DNA of 64,000 nucleotides from Escherichia coli (GTDB lineage Bacteria; Pseudomonadota; Gammaproteobacteria; Enterobacterales; Enterobacteriaceae): NCBI RefSeq assembly GCF_003790525.1, contig NZ_CP033635.1; one strand, 5' to 3'. Shown piece by piece: positions 1 to 8,858 of this stretch (position 1 is its first letter; each line of letters starts with the position of its first letter). The notes under the pieces were generated by a model. It saw only the letters and a program-made list of their open reading frames with translations, ran no database searches and was not told where the DNA came from. The position numbers and the translations under genes were made by a program.

Positions 1-578
1 TGCAACAAGCACAGGGAATGCCGGAGCCGGGGTGGGGAAGGATCACCGATTCACACCAGTGGAACACCTTGCTAAGTTTGCATAACGCGCAATTTTATTT
101 GCTACAACGCACGCCAGAGGTTGCCCGCAGCCGCGCCACCCCGTTATTAGATTTGATCAAGACAGCGTTGACGCCCCATCCACCGCAAAAACAGGCGTAT
201 GGTGTGACATTACCCACTTCAGTGCTGTTTATCGCCGGACATGATACTAATCTGGCAAATCTCGGCGGCGCACTGGAGCTCAACTGGACGCTTCCAGCTC
301 AGCCGGATAACACGCCGCCAGGGGGTGAACTGGTGTTTGAACGCTGGCGTCGGCTAAGCGATAACAGCCAGTGGATTCAGGTTTCGCTGGTCTTTCAGAC
401 TTTACAGCAGATGCGTGATAAAACGCCGCTATCATTAAATACGCCGCCCGGAGAGGTGAAACTGACCCTGGCTGGATGTGAAGAGCGAAATGCGCAGGGC
501 ATGTGTTCGTTGGCCAGTTTTACGCAAATCGTGAATGAAGCACGCATACCGGCGTGCGCTCTCCATCAAGACAAATAA
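1..578 (+). CDS. appA: Periplasmic phytase / acid phosphatase AppA, C-terminal part (5' end lies upstream of the window)
   Basis: Frame is open from base 1 to TAA at 576-578; translation (...[19 protein letters not shown]...[35 protein letters not shown]...) matches remembered AppA C-terminus, histidine acid phosphatase family. Confidence 0.85.
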
Positions 579-778
579 ACATTTGCCGCTGTTGGTCCTC
601 GCAGGCCATTTACGCGGCAAAATTCCACGCGTAATCCTGGTATAAGCACTTCCGCGTCGCGGGGAGTGAATGCGGAAATATGGACCTGGACTTCTTTACG
701 ACCGTCGGAGGGGATAATGAATCCTTTGCCGCTTTTGCGATCAAAGGTTTTGACAATTCCTGTCATTTTACGGGACAA
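566..778 (-). CDS. cspH: Cold-shock-like protein CspH (70 aa)
   Basis: 70-aa ORF with CspA-family cold-shock domain ([13 protein letters not shown]...[13 protein letters not shown]); divergent from cspG as in E. coli. Confidence 0.85.
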
Positions 779-1063
779 ACAAATTCCTTACTGAAAATAC
801 TGCGCTGCACTATACGGGGTTAATAAAATAAAGCCAGCGATATTTAAGACCGCCGGACGGCTAAAATAAAAATTGCTTAATCTCAATTATCATGCGTTAA
901 TAGCTGCGTCGGTTTGAAAGACAGACAGCATACAAAGTAGTTTACTAAAGCAGTTCTCATTATCAGGCATTATCCCCTTCTTTTGAGTCTCTCTCCTGAA
1001 CACTAAGTAGTTTCTGTATTAAAGCCCTGTTTGCCGAAAGGCCCAAAATGAAGGAAGTAAAAT
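779..1063. promoter_or_regulatory. cspH-cspG divergent promoter region and long cspG 5' leader
   Basis: 285-bp AT-rich intergenic region between divergently oriented cold-shock genes; cold-shock genes typically carry long 5'UTRs; purine-rich RBS (aaggaag) precedes the cspG ATG at 1064. Confidence 0.4.
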
Positions 1064-1276
1064 ATGTCTAATAAAATGACTGGTTTAGTAAAATGGTTTA
1101 ACGCAGATAAAGGTTTTGGCTTTATCACTCCTGATGATGGCAGCAAAGACGTTTTCGTCCATTTCACCGCCATCCAGAGCAATGAATTCCGCACGCTGAA
1201 CGAAAATCAGAAAGTTGAATTTTCTATTGAGCAGGGGCAACGTGGTCCCGCGGCAGCGAACGTTGTTACGCTCTAA
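1064..1276 (+). CDS. cspG: Cold-shock protein CspG (70 aa)
   Basis: [37 protein letters not shown]...; classic RNP1/RNP2 motifs of CspA family. Confidence 0.9.
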   Translation: MSNKMTGLVKWFNADKGFGFITPDDGSKDVFVHFTAIQSNEFRTLNENQKVEFSIEQGQRGPAAANVVTL

Positions 1277-1286
1277 GGTTGCCGTT

Positions 1287-1475
1287 ATTACTCAACATCT
1301 CCATTTCCGCTGTCCATGTTGTCATGGTTCACAGTACCGCACATCGGCATTCGATGTGACGGAGCGAAATCCTTTAGGGGCAAAGTGTATTTTTTGTAAA
1401 TCGACGATGATCACCTTTGATAACGTCGCGCTGCAAATACGCACTGAGCATGCGCCGCTGGATTTCACAAAATAA
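1287..1475 (+). CDS. Small Cys-rich zinc-ribbon-like protein (possibly ymcF); start codon uncertain, no in-frame ATG
   Basis: Open frame downstream of cspG encoding ...HLHFRCPCCHGSQY...GAKCIFCKS... (CPxC ... CxxC); only TTG (1215, overlapping cspG) or ATT (1287) available as initiators; followed by a terminator hairpin. Confidence 0.35.
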   Translation: MTQHLHFRCPCCHGSQYRTSAFDVTERNPLGAKCIFCKSTMITFDNVALQIRTEHAPLDFTK

Positions 1476-1680
1476 TATCAGGCTCCCTCGTGGAGCCTTT
1501 TTTATATCTGCCTTATTTTTCTTCAACGCTGTATGTATAGTAAGCGATAACCTGTTGATTATTGAATCTTTCGGGGAGATGGCTTATAACATTTCTTACC
1601 TGACCAGGGTACCGGGAACCAACACCTTACTGGCGTGTTGCTGTCTTTCAAGACCAGACGAGGTTAACAGTGAATATTGA
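1450..1680 (+). CDS. ymcE: Small protein YmcE (76 aa; GnsA-associated)
   Basis: ATG at 1450 inside the 87-aa ORF; product MRRWISQNNIRLPRGAFFISALFFFNAVCIV... matches remembered YmcE; immediately upstream of gnsA. Confidence 0.6.
   Translation: MRRWISQNNIRLPRGAFFISALFFFNAVCIVSDNLLIIESFGEMAYNISYLTRVPGTNTLLACCCLSRPDEVNSEY
1481..1503 (+). terminator. Rho-independent terminator-like hairpin downstream of cspG/ymcF-like ORF
   Basis: GGCTCC-ctcgt-GGAGCC stem-loop followed by TTTTTT. Confidence 0.5.
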
Positions 1681-1843
1681 AGAGTTAAAAAAACAAGCCG
1701 AAACGGAAATCGCCGACTTTATCGCGCAAAAAATCGCCGAGCTGAACAAGAATACAGGGAAAGAAGTCTCTGAAATTCGCTTCACCGCACGGGAAAAAAT
1801 GACCGGGCTTGAAAGTTATGATGTCAAAATCAAAATAATGTGA
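1670..1843 (+). CDS. gnsA: GnsA (57 aa), GTG start; not in the ORF track because it is under 60 aa
   Basis: Hand translation from GTG 1670: MNIEELKKQAETEIADFIAQKIAELNKNTGKEVSEIRFTAREKMTGLESYDVKIKIM, stop TGA 1841-1843; matches remembered GnsA. Confidence 0.7.
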   Translation: MNIEELKKQAETEIADFIAQKIAELNKNTGKEVSEIRFTAREKMTGLESYDVKIKIM

Positions 1844-1849
1844 TTTTGT

Positions 1850-1877
1850 GAACATCACCCCGTGCGAGGTGATGTTC
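1850..1877. terminator. Perfect 10-bp inverted repeat between convergent gnsA and yccM (possible bidirectional terminator)
   Basis: GAACATCACC-ccgtgcga-GGTGATGTTC; no strong T-run, so terminator function is inferred. Confidence 0.35.
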
Positions 1878-1891
1878 CGCTTGTTGCTAAT

Positions 1892-2965
1892 TTAGTGACC
1901 AATCATTGGCGCTTGTGGAATTATGCGTCGGTACAATTCCTGCGGTACCGGGCTTTGCCATACTCCCGCATACATTGCGTAACCAATCACCGCAAACATA
2001 ATCCCCAGAACCAGTAGTGTCATTAACCAGCCAGACAACGCAAAAGCTTTTTTATTTGCCGCAGGTTTTTGCAGTGAAAAGGTCAATGTTGAGGCTACCG
2101 GACATGACTCTACGCAAGTCATACAGCCGGTACATTCCACTGTTCGTACCTGAATTAATTTATCGACCGGGATCCGCGATGGGCAATTTTTTGCGCATTT
2201 GCCACAGTCGATACAACTTTCGGCATTGCGACGAATCTTAAACGGTGATAATAGCGAAACCACGCCCATCAGCGCGCCATATGGGCAAAGATAACGACAC
2301 CAGGCATGGCGAATAAACAGGCTGGCAATCAGCAAAACGGTCACGCTGATTAATGTCGCGGTCCCCATATGGCGAAAGAAATCGAGCATTTTAACGTCCA
2401 TCACCACGCTGTAGGGCGACAACATAAAATAGTGAATCGCCTGAGCGGGCATCAATAACGCGATATAGAGAAAAAAACTCAACAGCAAATACTTCACGCC
2501 ACGCAGAGGAATATCCAGACAGCGGGGAAGGACACATTGCCGACCAAACAGTTTGTTACCGAGATCGCCGATTAATTCAGAAAGCGTACCAACCGGGCAT
2601 AACCATGAGCAAAAGGCCTTTTTGAGTAATAGACTGATGACGATAAAAGCGACCAATAACAGCATCGCGGCGGCGTGGACGGACGGTAACTGGCCTGTTG
2701 CAAGGCTATATTTCAGATTCATCAGACCGGCAATCGGTAGCCAGCCTTCGATGCCTCCTGGCCTGGCGACAAATGTCGTACTACCTGCCGTTTCGTAATA
2801 GCGCACCCAATACCAGAACGTGATGGCAATATAAATATTCATTGCCAACAGTAATAATTGCGTCGCTTTACGCCAGGTCGTGGCATTGCGCCAGTCATTC
2901 CACGGTAATTTGCCGCCCGTCGTGCCTGGCCGCCGCTGCCAGCGGGTTCTTTTTTTCTCTGCCAT
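1892..2965 (-). CDS. yccM: Membrane-bound 4Fe-4S ferredoxin-type protein YccM (NapH/MauN-like)
   Basis: 357-aa ORF with multiple TM segments and CxxCxxC...CP clusters (CIDCGKCAKNCP, CTGCMTCVESCP). Confidence 0.9.
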   Translation of the reverse strand: MAEKKRTRWQRRPGTTGGKLPWNDWRNATTWRKATQLLLLAMNIYIAITFWYWVRYYETAGSTTFVARPGGIEGWLPIAGLMNLKYSLATGQLPSVHAAAMLLLVAFIVISLLLKKAFCSWLCPVGTLSELIGDLGNKLFGRQCVLPRCLDIPLRGVKYLLLSFFLYIALLMPAQAIHYFMLSPYSVVMDVKMLDFFRHMGTATLISVTVLLIASLFIRHAWCRYLCPYGALMGVVSLLSPFKIRRNAESCIDCGKCAKNCPSRIPVDKLIQVRTVECTGCMTCVESCPVASTLTFSLQKPAANKKAFALSGWLMTLLVLGIMFAVIGYAMYAGVWQSPVPQELYRRIIPQAPMIGH

Positions 2966-3047
2966 GATTTTGACAGTCCGTTAAGTTGCATACCAAATGC
3001 CACTATTCTAGTTGTTCTTAACTGGCTGATATTGATTCAAATCGCGT

Positions 3048-5780
3048 TCAGGTCTTTCTTATTAACCATGCTTCCAGAGCGGCAACACTGCGTGTAATTT
3101 CTTCGTGTGGAAGGGGGGCAGATAATGGCTGCTGCTCCAGTTGTGCGCAAAGCTGGCTGGCGCTACGCATTCCCAGACTTGAGCAACTGCTTTTTAGCTG
3201 ATGTGCGGCACGCTTTATTTTTTCGCTGTTCTGGCTGGCGCGGGCAATGTCGATGTCATCGAGAAGCGGCAGGGCATGTTGTTTAAATAATATCAGCCAT
3301 TCGTGGATCTTCTCCGTCCCCATCAACTGAGCATCTTCATTGAGTTGCGATACATCCAGCGGTTGATCGTTATTGACTTGCAGTTGGAGATAGTGCGCCA
3401 GTAATTGACCGAGCACTTCACGCGGCACCGGTTTAGGGATAATCCCGCGAAATAGCGAACTGGTACGCTGTCGCAGTGTTTCGTCAATGACATGGGCGCT
3501 AAAGCCAATCAAAACCAGCGACGGATATTGCTGTGCCAGTTGTCGGGCAAGCGTAATGCCGTCGATATCCGGTAGATCAAAATCCACCAGTGCGGCAGCA
3601 AACGGTTCGCTATTTTGCAGTGTCTCTAAAGCCTGCGCGGCATTGCCAACAGCAACAACCTGCGCACCACTGGTGTTCAGCATCTCAACGGTAATTCGCT
3701 GGGTTAGCGGGTTATCTTCAATTAACAGCAAACGTAAACCGTCCAGACGCACCGCCTGATTGACTGTTTTTGGCACGGGAGCAGTGGCAACACGTAACGG
3801 CAAGCGTAAACAAAAACAGCTTCCAACCTCCGGCGTGCTGGTGGCGCTCAGTTCGCCGCCCATCGCCTGGGCCAGACGGCTACTGATAGTCAGCCCCAGC
3901 CCGGTGCCGCCGCGTTTGCCGCTTACCTGCACAAATGGCTGGAAGATTTCTGCCAGTTTCGCGGGATCAATACCGCAGCCGCTGTCTTCCACTTCGACCA
4001 GCCATTGCTCGCCATCAGTGCGGCTACGTAAAACGATCTGCCCTTCGTCAGTAAAACGCAGGGCGTTGCTCAACAGGTTGGTTATAACCTGACGAATACG
4101 TCGCGGATCGCCCATTAACGCGGTCGGTACATCGTCGGCAATTGCTGTTGCCAGGTGAATCGGGCGACCTTTAACCCGTCCGCTCATTAATTGCAGGGTA
4201 CTTTCCAGCAGCGGGCGCGGTTCAAAGGGCTCATCGCTGACCGAAACATTCTTGCCACCCGCTTCGATAGCCGAATAATCGAGAATATCGTTGAGGATGG
4301 TCAGCAACGATTCGCCAGAATCAGTAATTGCCCGCAAATCATCACGCTGGGTGTTAAGTGCCGGGTTATCTGCCAGCAGTTGCGCGGTGCCGAGAATACC
4401 GTACAGCGGTGTGCGGATCTCATGGCTCATCGCCGCCAGAAACGCCGATTTTGCCTGGCTGGCTTTTTCTGCTTCCGCCCGTGCCTGTCGGTGTTCTATC
4501 ACCAGTTCCTGCAATTCAGCTGTACGCGCTTTGACCTGCGCCGCCAGCTGTTCACGGTGGCGATTCAGTGCATGAACACTGCTGCGAAACGCATCCATCA
4601 GCCGCCCGATGGTATCCAGCTCCCGTACGCCAGCGGTTTCCGGGAAAGGGGAGTCGATATCACCGTCCAGCAGCCGTTGCAGCGCCTGCGTTTGTTCGGC
4701 AAGTGGACGCGTGACTGAGCGATAAACCACGCGCCAGAGGATCAGAATCAGTGCGCAAAGTGAAACCATCCCCAGCAATAACAGGCTGTATTGCCCGCGT
4801 GCACTGGCTTTTTCCAGATGCGCCAGTCCGTGCTGATTACGCAGCTCAATGGTGTCGACCAGCTGACTGACTTCGCTACTAAACTGCGCGAACTGGGCGA
4901 TGTTATTTTGGGCGAGAGTTTGCAGGCGATTGCTGATTTCACTGTCCTGCTGATACAGCGCCAGCAAATCGCTATATTGGCTAACGGTAGTTAACGTTGT
5001 TGCGACCTGAGCACGAACTCCCGGATCTTCAATGCGTATTTGCCGACGTTGCAGAATTTTCACCGCATTATTGAGCTGGTGTTCCAGCGTTGCTGCATTT
5101 TTCTGGATCTGCTCCAGCCCCAGATTCATCACCATTTGCTGCACCCGCAGGGCGCTAAGGCGCAGTTCATTCATCTGGTTAACATACTCAAGATCGATAT
5201 CAATCAGCCGATCGAGTGCACTTTCTGCGGCCTGACGCTGATCTTGTTCGATCAAATCGTAAATCCCGGCCTGGGTCGCTCCGGCGGAGGTTGCCGCATT
5301 ATTCGCCTGACCTTGTGCCAGGCGTGCGATTTCATCGGCGGCGGCGACTATCTGCTGACTGAGTTGCTGTTGTTGCTGGCGAAGTTGCAAACGCTGTCCC
5401 ACCAGTTCCCCTTGCTGACGTAACGAACGGGAGATCTCCTGCTCCTGTAGTTCAATAGCGGTGGTGTCAAAACCTTGTTCCCGTAACGCTTGCAGCAACG
5501 CATTAATCTTCAGGCTTTGTGCGGTGAGCATTCGCCCCTGCGCCTGCCACATCTTTTCGTTATCGGCACTGGTCAGGTTCTGCGCGGCGAAAAGTTCCCA
5601 GGCGCTGGCTTCGCTCAACTGGCGCGCCATATTCATGGTAGGAATCAATGCCTGAGTGTTGTCTTTTTCCACCTGGCTGATAAAGCGCAGGTTGTACCAT
5701 CCCACCAGGGTACTGGTCAGGGTTAACAGCGCCATCAGGGCAAAGCCCATCCAGAGTCTTCGGGTCAGGGTTAAATTCAC
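3048..5780 (-). CDS. torS: TMAO sensor hybrid histidine kinase TorS
   Basis: GTG start at 5778-5780 gives [19 protein letters not shown]...; HisKA (SHEIRTPL), HATPase, receiver (LLLIEDNP...DFDLPDIDG) and C-terminal HPt domains visible. Confidence 0.9.
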   Translation of the reverse strand: MNLTLTRRLWMGFALMALLTLTSTLVGWYNLRFISQVEKDNTQALIPTMNMARQLSEASAWELFAAQNLTSADNEKMWQAQGRMLTAQSLKINALLQALREQGFDTTAIELQEQEISRSLRQQGELVGQRLQLRQQQQQLSQQIVAAADEIARLAQGQANNAATSAGATQAGIYDLIEQDQRQAAESALDRLIDIDLEYVNQMNELRLSALRVQQMVMNLGLEQIQKNAATLEHQLNNAVKILQRRQIRIEDPGVRAQVATTLTTVSQYSDLLALYQQDSEISNRLQTLAQNNIAQFAQFSSEVSQLVDTIELRNQHGLAHLEKASARGQYSLLLLGMVSLCALILILWRVVYRSVTRPLAEQTQALQRLLDGDIDSPFPETAGVRELDTIGRLMDAFRSSVHALNRHREQLAAQVKARTAELQELVIEHRQARAEAEKASQAKSAFLAAMSHEIRTPLYGILGTAQLLADNPALNTQRDDLRAITDSGESLLTILNDILDYSAIEAGGKNVSVSDEPFEPRPLLESTLQLMSGRVKGRPIHLATAIADDVPTALMGDPRRIRQVITNLLSNALRFTDEGQIVLRSRTDGEQWLVEVEDSGCGIDPAKLAEIFQPFVQVSGKRGGTGLGLTISSRLAQAMGGELSATSTPEVGSCFCLRLPLRVATAPVPKTVNQAVRLDGLRLLLIEDNPLTQRITVEMLNTSGAQVVAVGNAAQALETLQNSEPFAAALVDFDLPDIDGITLARQLAQQYPSLVLIGFSAHVIDETLRQRTSSLFRGIIPKPVPREVLGQLLAHYLQLQVNNDQPLDVSQLNEDAQLMGTEKIHEWLILFKQHALPLLDDIDIARASQNSEKIKRAAHQLKSSCSSLGMRSASQLCAQLEQQPLSAPLPHEEITRSVAALEAWLIRKT

Positions 5781-5862
5781 GGTCGGTGCACTTAAGGTGA
5801 AAAAGGTTGAGTCGCAAAGCGGAATGCATCTAGCATAAAGCCTTATTATTGATGAGGCTATC

Positions 5863-6891
5863 ATGCGCGCACTGCTATTGTTACTTCTTTCCCTTTTCAT
5901 GTTATCGGCATTTTCGGCTGATAACCTGTTGCGCTGGCATGATGCGCAGCATTTCTCGGTGCAAGCCTCTATGCCGCTTAAAGCCAAACGCGCATGGAAA
6001 CTGTGCGCGCTTTATCCCAGCCTGAAAGATTCATACTGGTTATCGTTGAACTATGGTATGCAGGAGGCTGCTCGCCGCTACGGTGTGGATTTAAAAGTGC
6101 TGGAGGCAGGCGGCTACAGCCAGTTGGCTACCCAGCAAGCACAAATCGACCAGTGTAAACAGTGGGGCGCAGAGGCCATCTTGCTCGGAAGTAGCACGAC
6201 GTCATTTCCCGACCTGCAAAAGCAGGTAGCAAATCTGCCGGTGATCGAACTGGTGAATGCTATTGATGCTCCCCACGTGAAAAGCCGCGTTGGTGTGCCC
6301 TGGTTTCAGATGGGCTATCAACCAGGACGATATCTGGTGCAATGGAGCCACGGTAAACCACTGAACGTGCTGTTGATGCCCGGCCCCGATAACGCCGGGG
6401 GCAGTAAGGAGATGGTAGAGGGTTTTCGCGCAGCCATTGCCGGAAGTCCGGTACGTATTGTTGATATTGCGCTCGGTGATAACGATATTGAAATCCAGCG
6501 TAACCTGTTGCAGGAGATGCTGGAGCGCCATCCAGAAATCGACGTCGTTGCCGGAACGGCCATTGCGGCAGAGGCGGCAATGGGGGAAGGGCGTAACCTG
6601 AAAACACCGCTTACCGTGGTGTCGTTTTATCTTTCACATCAGGTGTATCGCGGGCTGAAGCGGGGAAGAGTGATTATGGCTGCCAGCGATCAAATGGTCT
6701 GGCAGGGGGAACTGGCGGTTGAGCAGGCCATCAGGCAATTACAGGGGCAATCGGTGTCTGATAATGTCAGCCCACCGATTTTAGTTCTGACGCCGAAAAA
6801 TGCCGACCGCGAACATATCCGCCGCTCGCTGTCACCGGGGGGATTTCGTCCGGTCTATTATTATCAGCACACATCAGCGGCTAAGAAATAA
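5863..6891 (+). CDS. torT: Periplasmic TMAO-binding protein TorT
   Basis: 342-aa ORF with signal peptide; periplasmic binding protein fold; matches remembered TorT. Confidence 0.9.
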   Translation: MRALLLLLLSLFMLSAFSADNLLRWHDAQHFSVQASMPLKAKRAWKLCALYPSLKDSYWLSLNYGMQEAARRYGVDLKVLEAGGYSQLATQQAQIDQCKQWGAEAILLGSSTTSFPDLQKQVANLPVIELVNAIDAPHVKSRVGVPWFQMGYQPGRYLVQWSHGKPLNVLLMPGPDNAGGSKEMVEGFRAAIAGSPVRIVDIALGDNDIEIQRNLLQEMLERHPEIDVVAGTAIAAEAAMGEGRNLKTPLTVVSFYLSHQVYRGLKRGRVIMAASDQMVWQGELAVEQAIRQLQGQSVSDNVSPPILVLTPKNADREHIRRSLSPGGFRPVYYYQHTSAAKK

Positions 6892-7556
6892 CCTTCGCCA
6901 TGTTGTGTCACCAGTAAATCCGCGCTGAGTTTATGGCGTAAACGACGAATTAACACATCGACGGTGCGCAGGTCAGGGTTTTCCACCCGACGCGCAGAAA
7001 GCATACGCAGCAGACGTTCACGGCTGAGAATTTCGCCCGGATTAGTCACAAATGCCACCAACATTTCATACTCTGCGCGGGTCAGTTTAATCGGCTCGCC
7101 ATCTCGCTCCAGCGTATGGCGCGACACATTCAGGCAATAACCCGCAAAGCGATAGCAGTTGTCCTGAGTGTGCGGTTGCGCCTGCCGCGCGAGGTCGATT
7201 CGCCAGAGCAGATTTTTCACTCGTACCACCAGTTCGCGCAGTTCCAGCGGTTTGGTGACGTAATCGTCTGCGCCCATTTCCAGCCCAACAATACGGTCAA
7301 TCCGATCGCTGCGTCCCGTAACCAGAATAATCCCCACCGTTGAGCGTTCTCGCAGGGCGCGGGTTAACATCAGGCCATTTTCATCGGGCAAATTGATATC
7401 CAGCAGAATTAAATCCACCGGCTGATTCTGCATAATTTCCCGCAGCCCGGCACCGCTCGCCGTAACGGAAACGGTATACCCCTCCTGAGTGAAGTAGGAT
7501 TGTAATCGCGCCTGGGTAACCGGTTCATCTTCAACAATAACAATGTGATGTGGCAT
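6864..7556 (-). CDS. torR: Response regulator TorR (OmpR family)
   Basis: 230-aa ORF; receiver domain (IVIVEDEP...DLILLDINLPDENG) plus winged-helix C-terminus; 28-bp convergent overlap with torT 3' end. Confidence 0.9.
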   Translation of the reverse strand: MPHHIVIVEDEPVTQARLQSYFTQEGYTVSVTASGAGLREIMQNQPVDLILLDINLPDENGLMLTRALRERSTVGIILVTGRSDRIDRIVGLEMGADDYVTKPLELRELVVRVKNLLWRIDLARQAQPHTQDNCYRFAGYCLNVSRHTLERDGEPIKLTRAEYEMLVAFVTNPGEILSRERLLRMLSARRVENPDLRTVDVLIRRLRHKLSADLLVTQHGEGYFLAADVC

Positions 7557-7574
7557 CAGAGGGTTTTACTCATT

Positions 7575-7637
7575 CTGTTCATATCTGTTCATATTCTGCC
7601 GTAAGCCGTTCATCCTGACCAGTGCCGCTGTTCATAT
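7575..7637 (+). promoter_or_regulatory. torCAD promoter tor boxes (TorR binding sites): four decameric direct repeats
   Basis: CTGTTCATAT at 7575-7584 and 7585-7594, CCGTTCATCC at 7606-7615, CTGTTCATAT at 7628-7637, in the torR-torC divergent intergenic region. Confidence 0.75.
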
Positions 7638-7685
7638 TTGCTCATTAAGATCGCTTCACTAAACCATAATTTTACAGGGGCTATT

Positions 7686-8858
7686 ATGCGGAAACTCTGG
7701 AACGCGTTACGCCGACCCAGTGCTCGTTGGTCGGTACTGGCGCTGGTCGCTATTGGGATTGTGATTGGCATTGCGCTGATTGTATTGCCACACGTTGGGA
7801 TCAAAGTCACCAGCACAACCGAATTTTGTGTCAGTTGCCACAGTATGCAACCGGTGTATGAAGAATATAAACAGTCGGTGCATTTCCAGAACGCCTCCGG
7901 CGTGCGAGCTGAATGCCATGACTGTCATATCCCGCCGGATATTCCAGGCATGGTGAAGCGCAAACTGGAAGCGAGCAACGACATTTACCAGACCTTTATT
8001 GCCCACTCCATTGATACACCAGAGAAATTTGAAGCCAAACGCGCGGAACTTGCCGAGCGTGAATGGGCGCGAATGAAAGAAAACAACTCGGCAACCTGCC
8101 GCTCCTGCCATAACTACGACGCGATGGATCATGCGAAGCAGCATCCTGAAGCGGCACGTCAGATGAAGGTGGCAGCGAAAGATAATCAATCCTGTATCGA
8201 CTGTCATAAAGGTATTGCCCACCAGTTACCGGATATGAGTAGTGGCTTCCGTAAGCAGTTCGATGAGCTGCGCGCCAGTGCTAATGATAGTGGTGACACG
8301 CTGTACTCCATTGATATTAAGCCGATTTATGCGGCGAAAGGCGATAAAGAAGCCTCTGGTTCTCTGCTGCCTGCTTCGGCAGTGAAAGTCATTAAACGTG
8401 ACGGCGACTGGCTGCAAATTGAAATCACTGGCTGGACGGAAAGTGCAGGACGTCAGCGTGTACTCACCCAATTCCCAGGTAAACGCATCTTTGTTGCCTC
8501 GATTCGTGGTGATGTGCAGCAGCAGGTGAAAACGCTGGAGAAAACCACCGTTGCCGACACCAATACCGAGTGGAGCAAGTTGCAAGCCACTGCGTGGATG
8601 AAGAAAGGCGACATGGTAAACGATATCAAACCGATCTGGGCTTATGCGGATTCGTTGTACAACGGCACCTGTAACCAGTGCCACGGCGCACCGGAAATCT
8701 CTCACTTTGACGCTAACGGTTGGATCGGCACGCTCAACGGCATGATTGGCTTTACCAGCCTCGATAAACGTGAAGAACGCACCTTGTTGAAATATCTGCA
8801 AATGAATGCGTCTGATACCGCAGGTAAGGCTCACGGCGATAAGAAGGAAGAAAAATAA
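7686..8858 (+). CDS. torC: Pentaheme c-type cytochrome TorC
   Basis: ATG 7686 (MRKLWNALRRP...); five CxxCH haem-binding motifs (CVSCH, CHDCH, CRSCH, CIDCH, CNQCH); TAATG overlap with torA. Confidence 0.9.
   Translation: MRKLWNALRRPSARWSVLALVAIGIVIGIALIVLPHVGIKVTSTTEFCVSCHSMQPVYEEYKQSVHFQNASGVRAECHDCHIPPDIPGMVKRKLEASNDIYQTFIAHSIDTPEKFEAKRAELAEREWARMKENNSATCRSCHNYDAMDHAKQHPEAARQMKVAAKDNQSCIDCHKGIAHQLPDMSSGFRKQFDELRASANDSGDTLYSIDIKPIYAAKGDKEASGSLLPASAVKVIKRDGDWLQIEITGWTESAGRQRVLTQFPGKRIFVASIRGDVQQQVKTLEKTTVADTNTEWSKLQATAWMKKGDMVNDIKPIWAYADSLYNGTCNQCHGAPEISHFDANGWIGTLNGMIGFTSLDKREERTLLKYLQMNASDTAGKAHGDKKEEK

Noticed and set aside
4191-5423. Plus-strand ORFs (175 aa, 94 aa, 127 aa) antisense to torS
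   Set aside because: Embedded in torS on the opposite strand, with no independent signals; spurious.
3048-5987. N-terminal extensions of many ORF-track entries (for example torS 979 aa, agp 421 aa, lpxL 327 aa, yceB 253 aa, rutF 191 aa)
   Set aside because: The ORF track starts at the most upstream ATG/GTG/TTG; internal starts matching remembered protein N-termini, with RBS-like sequences or operon overlaps, were preferred. The extensions are not treated as novel domains.
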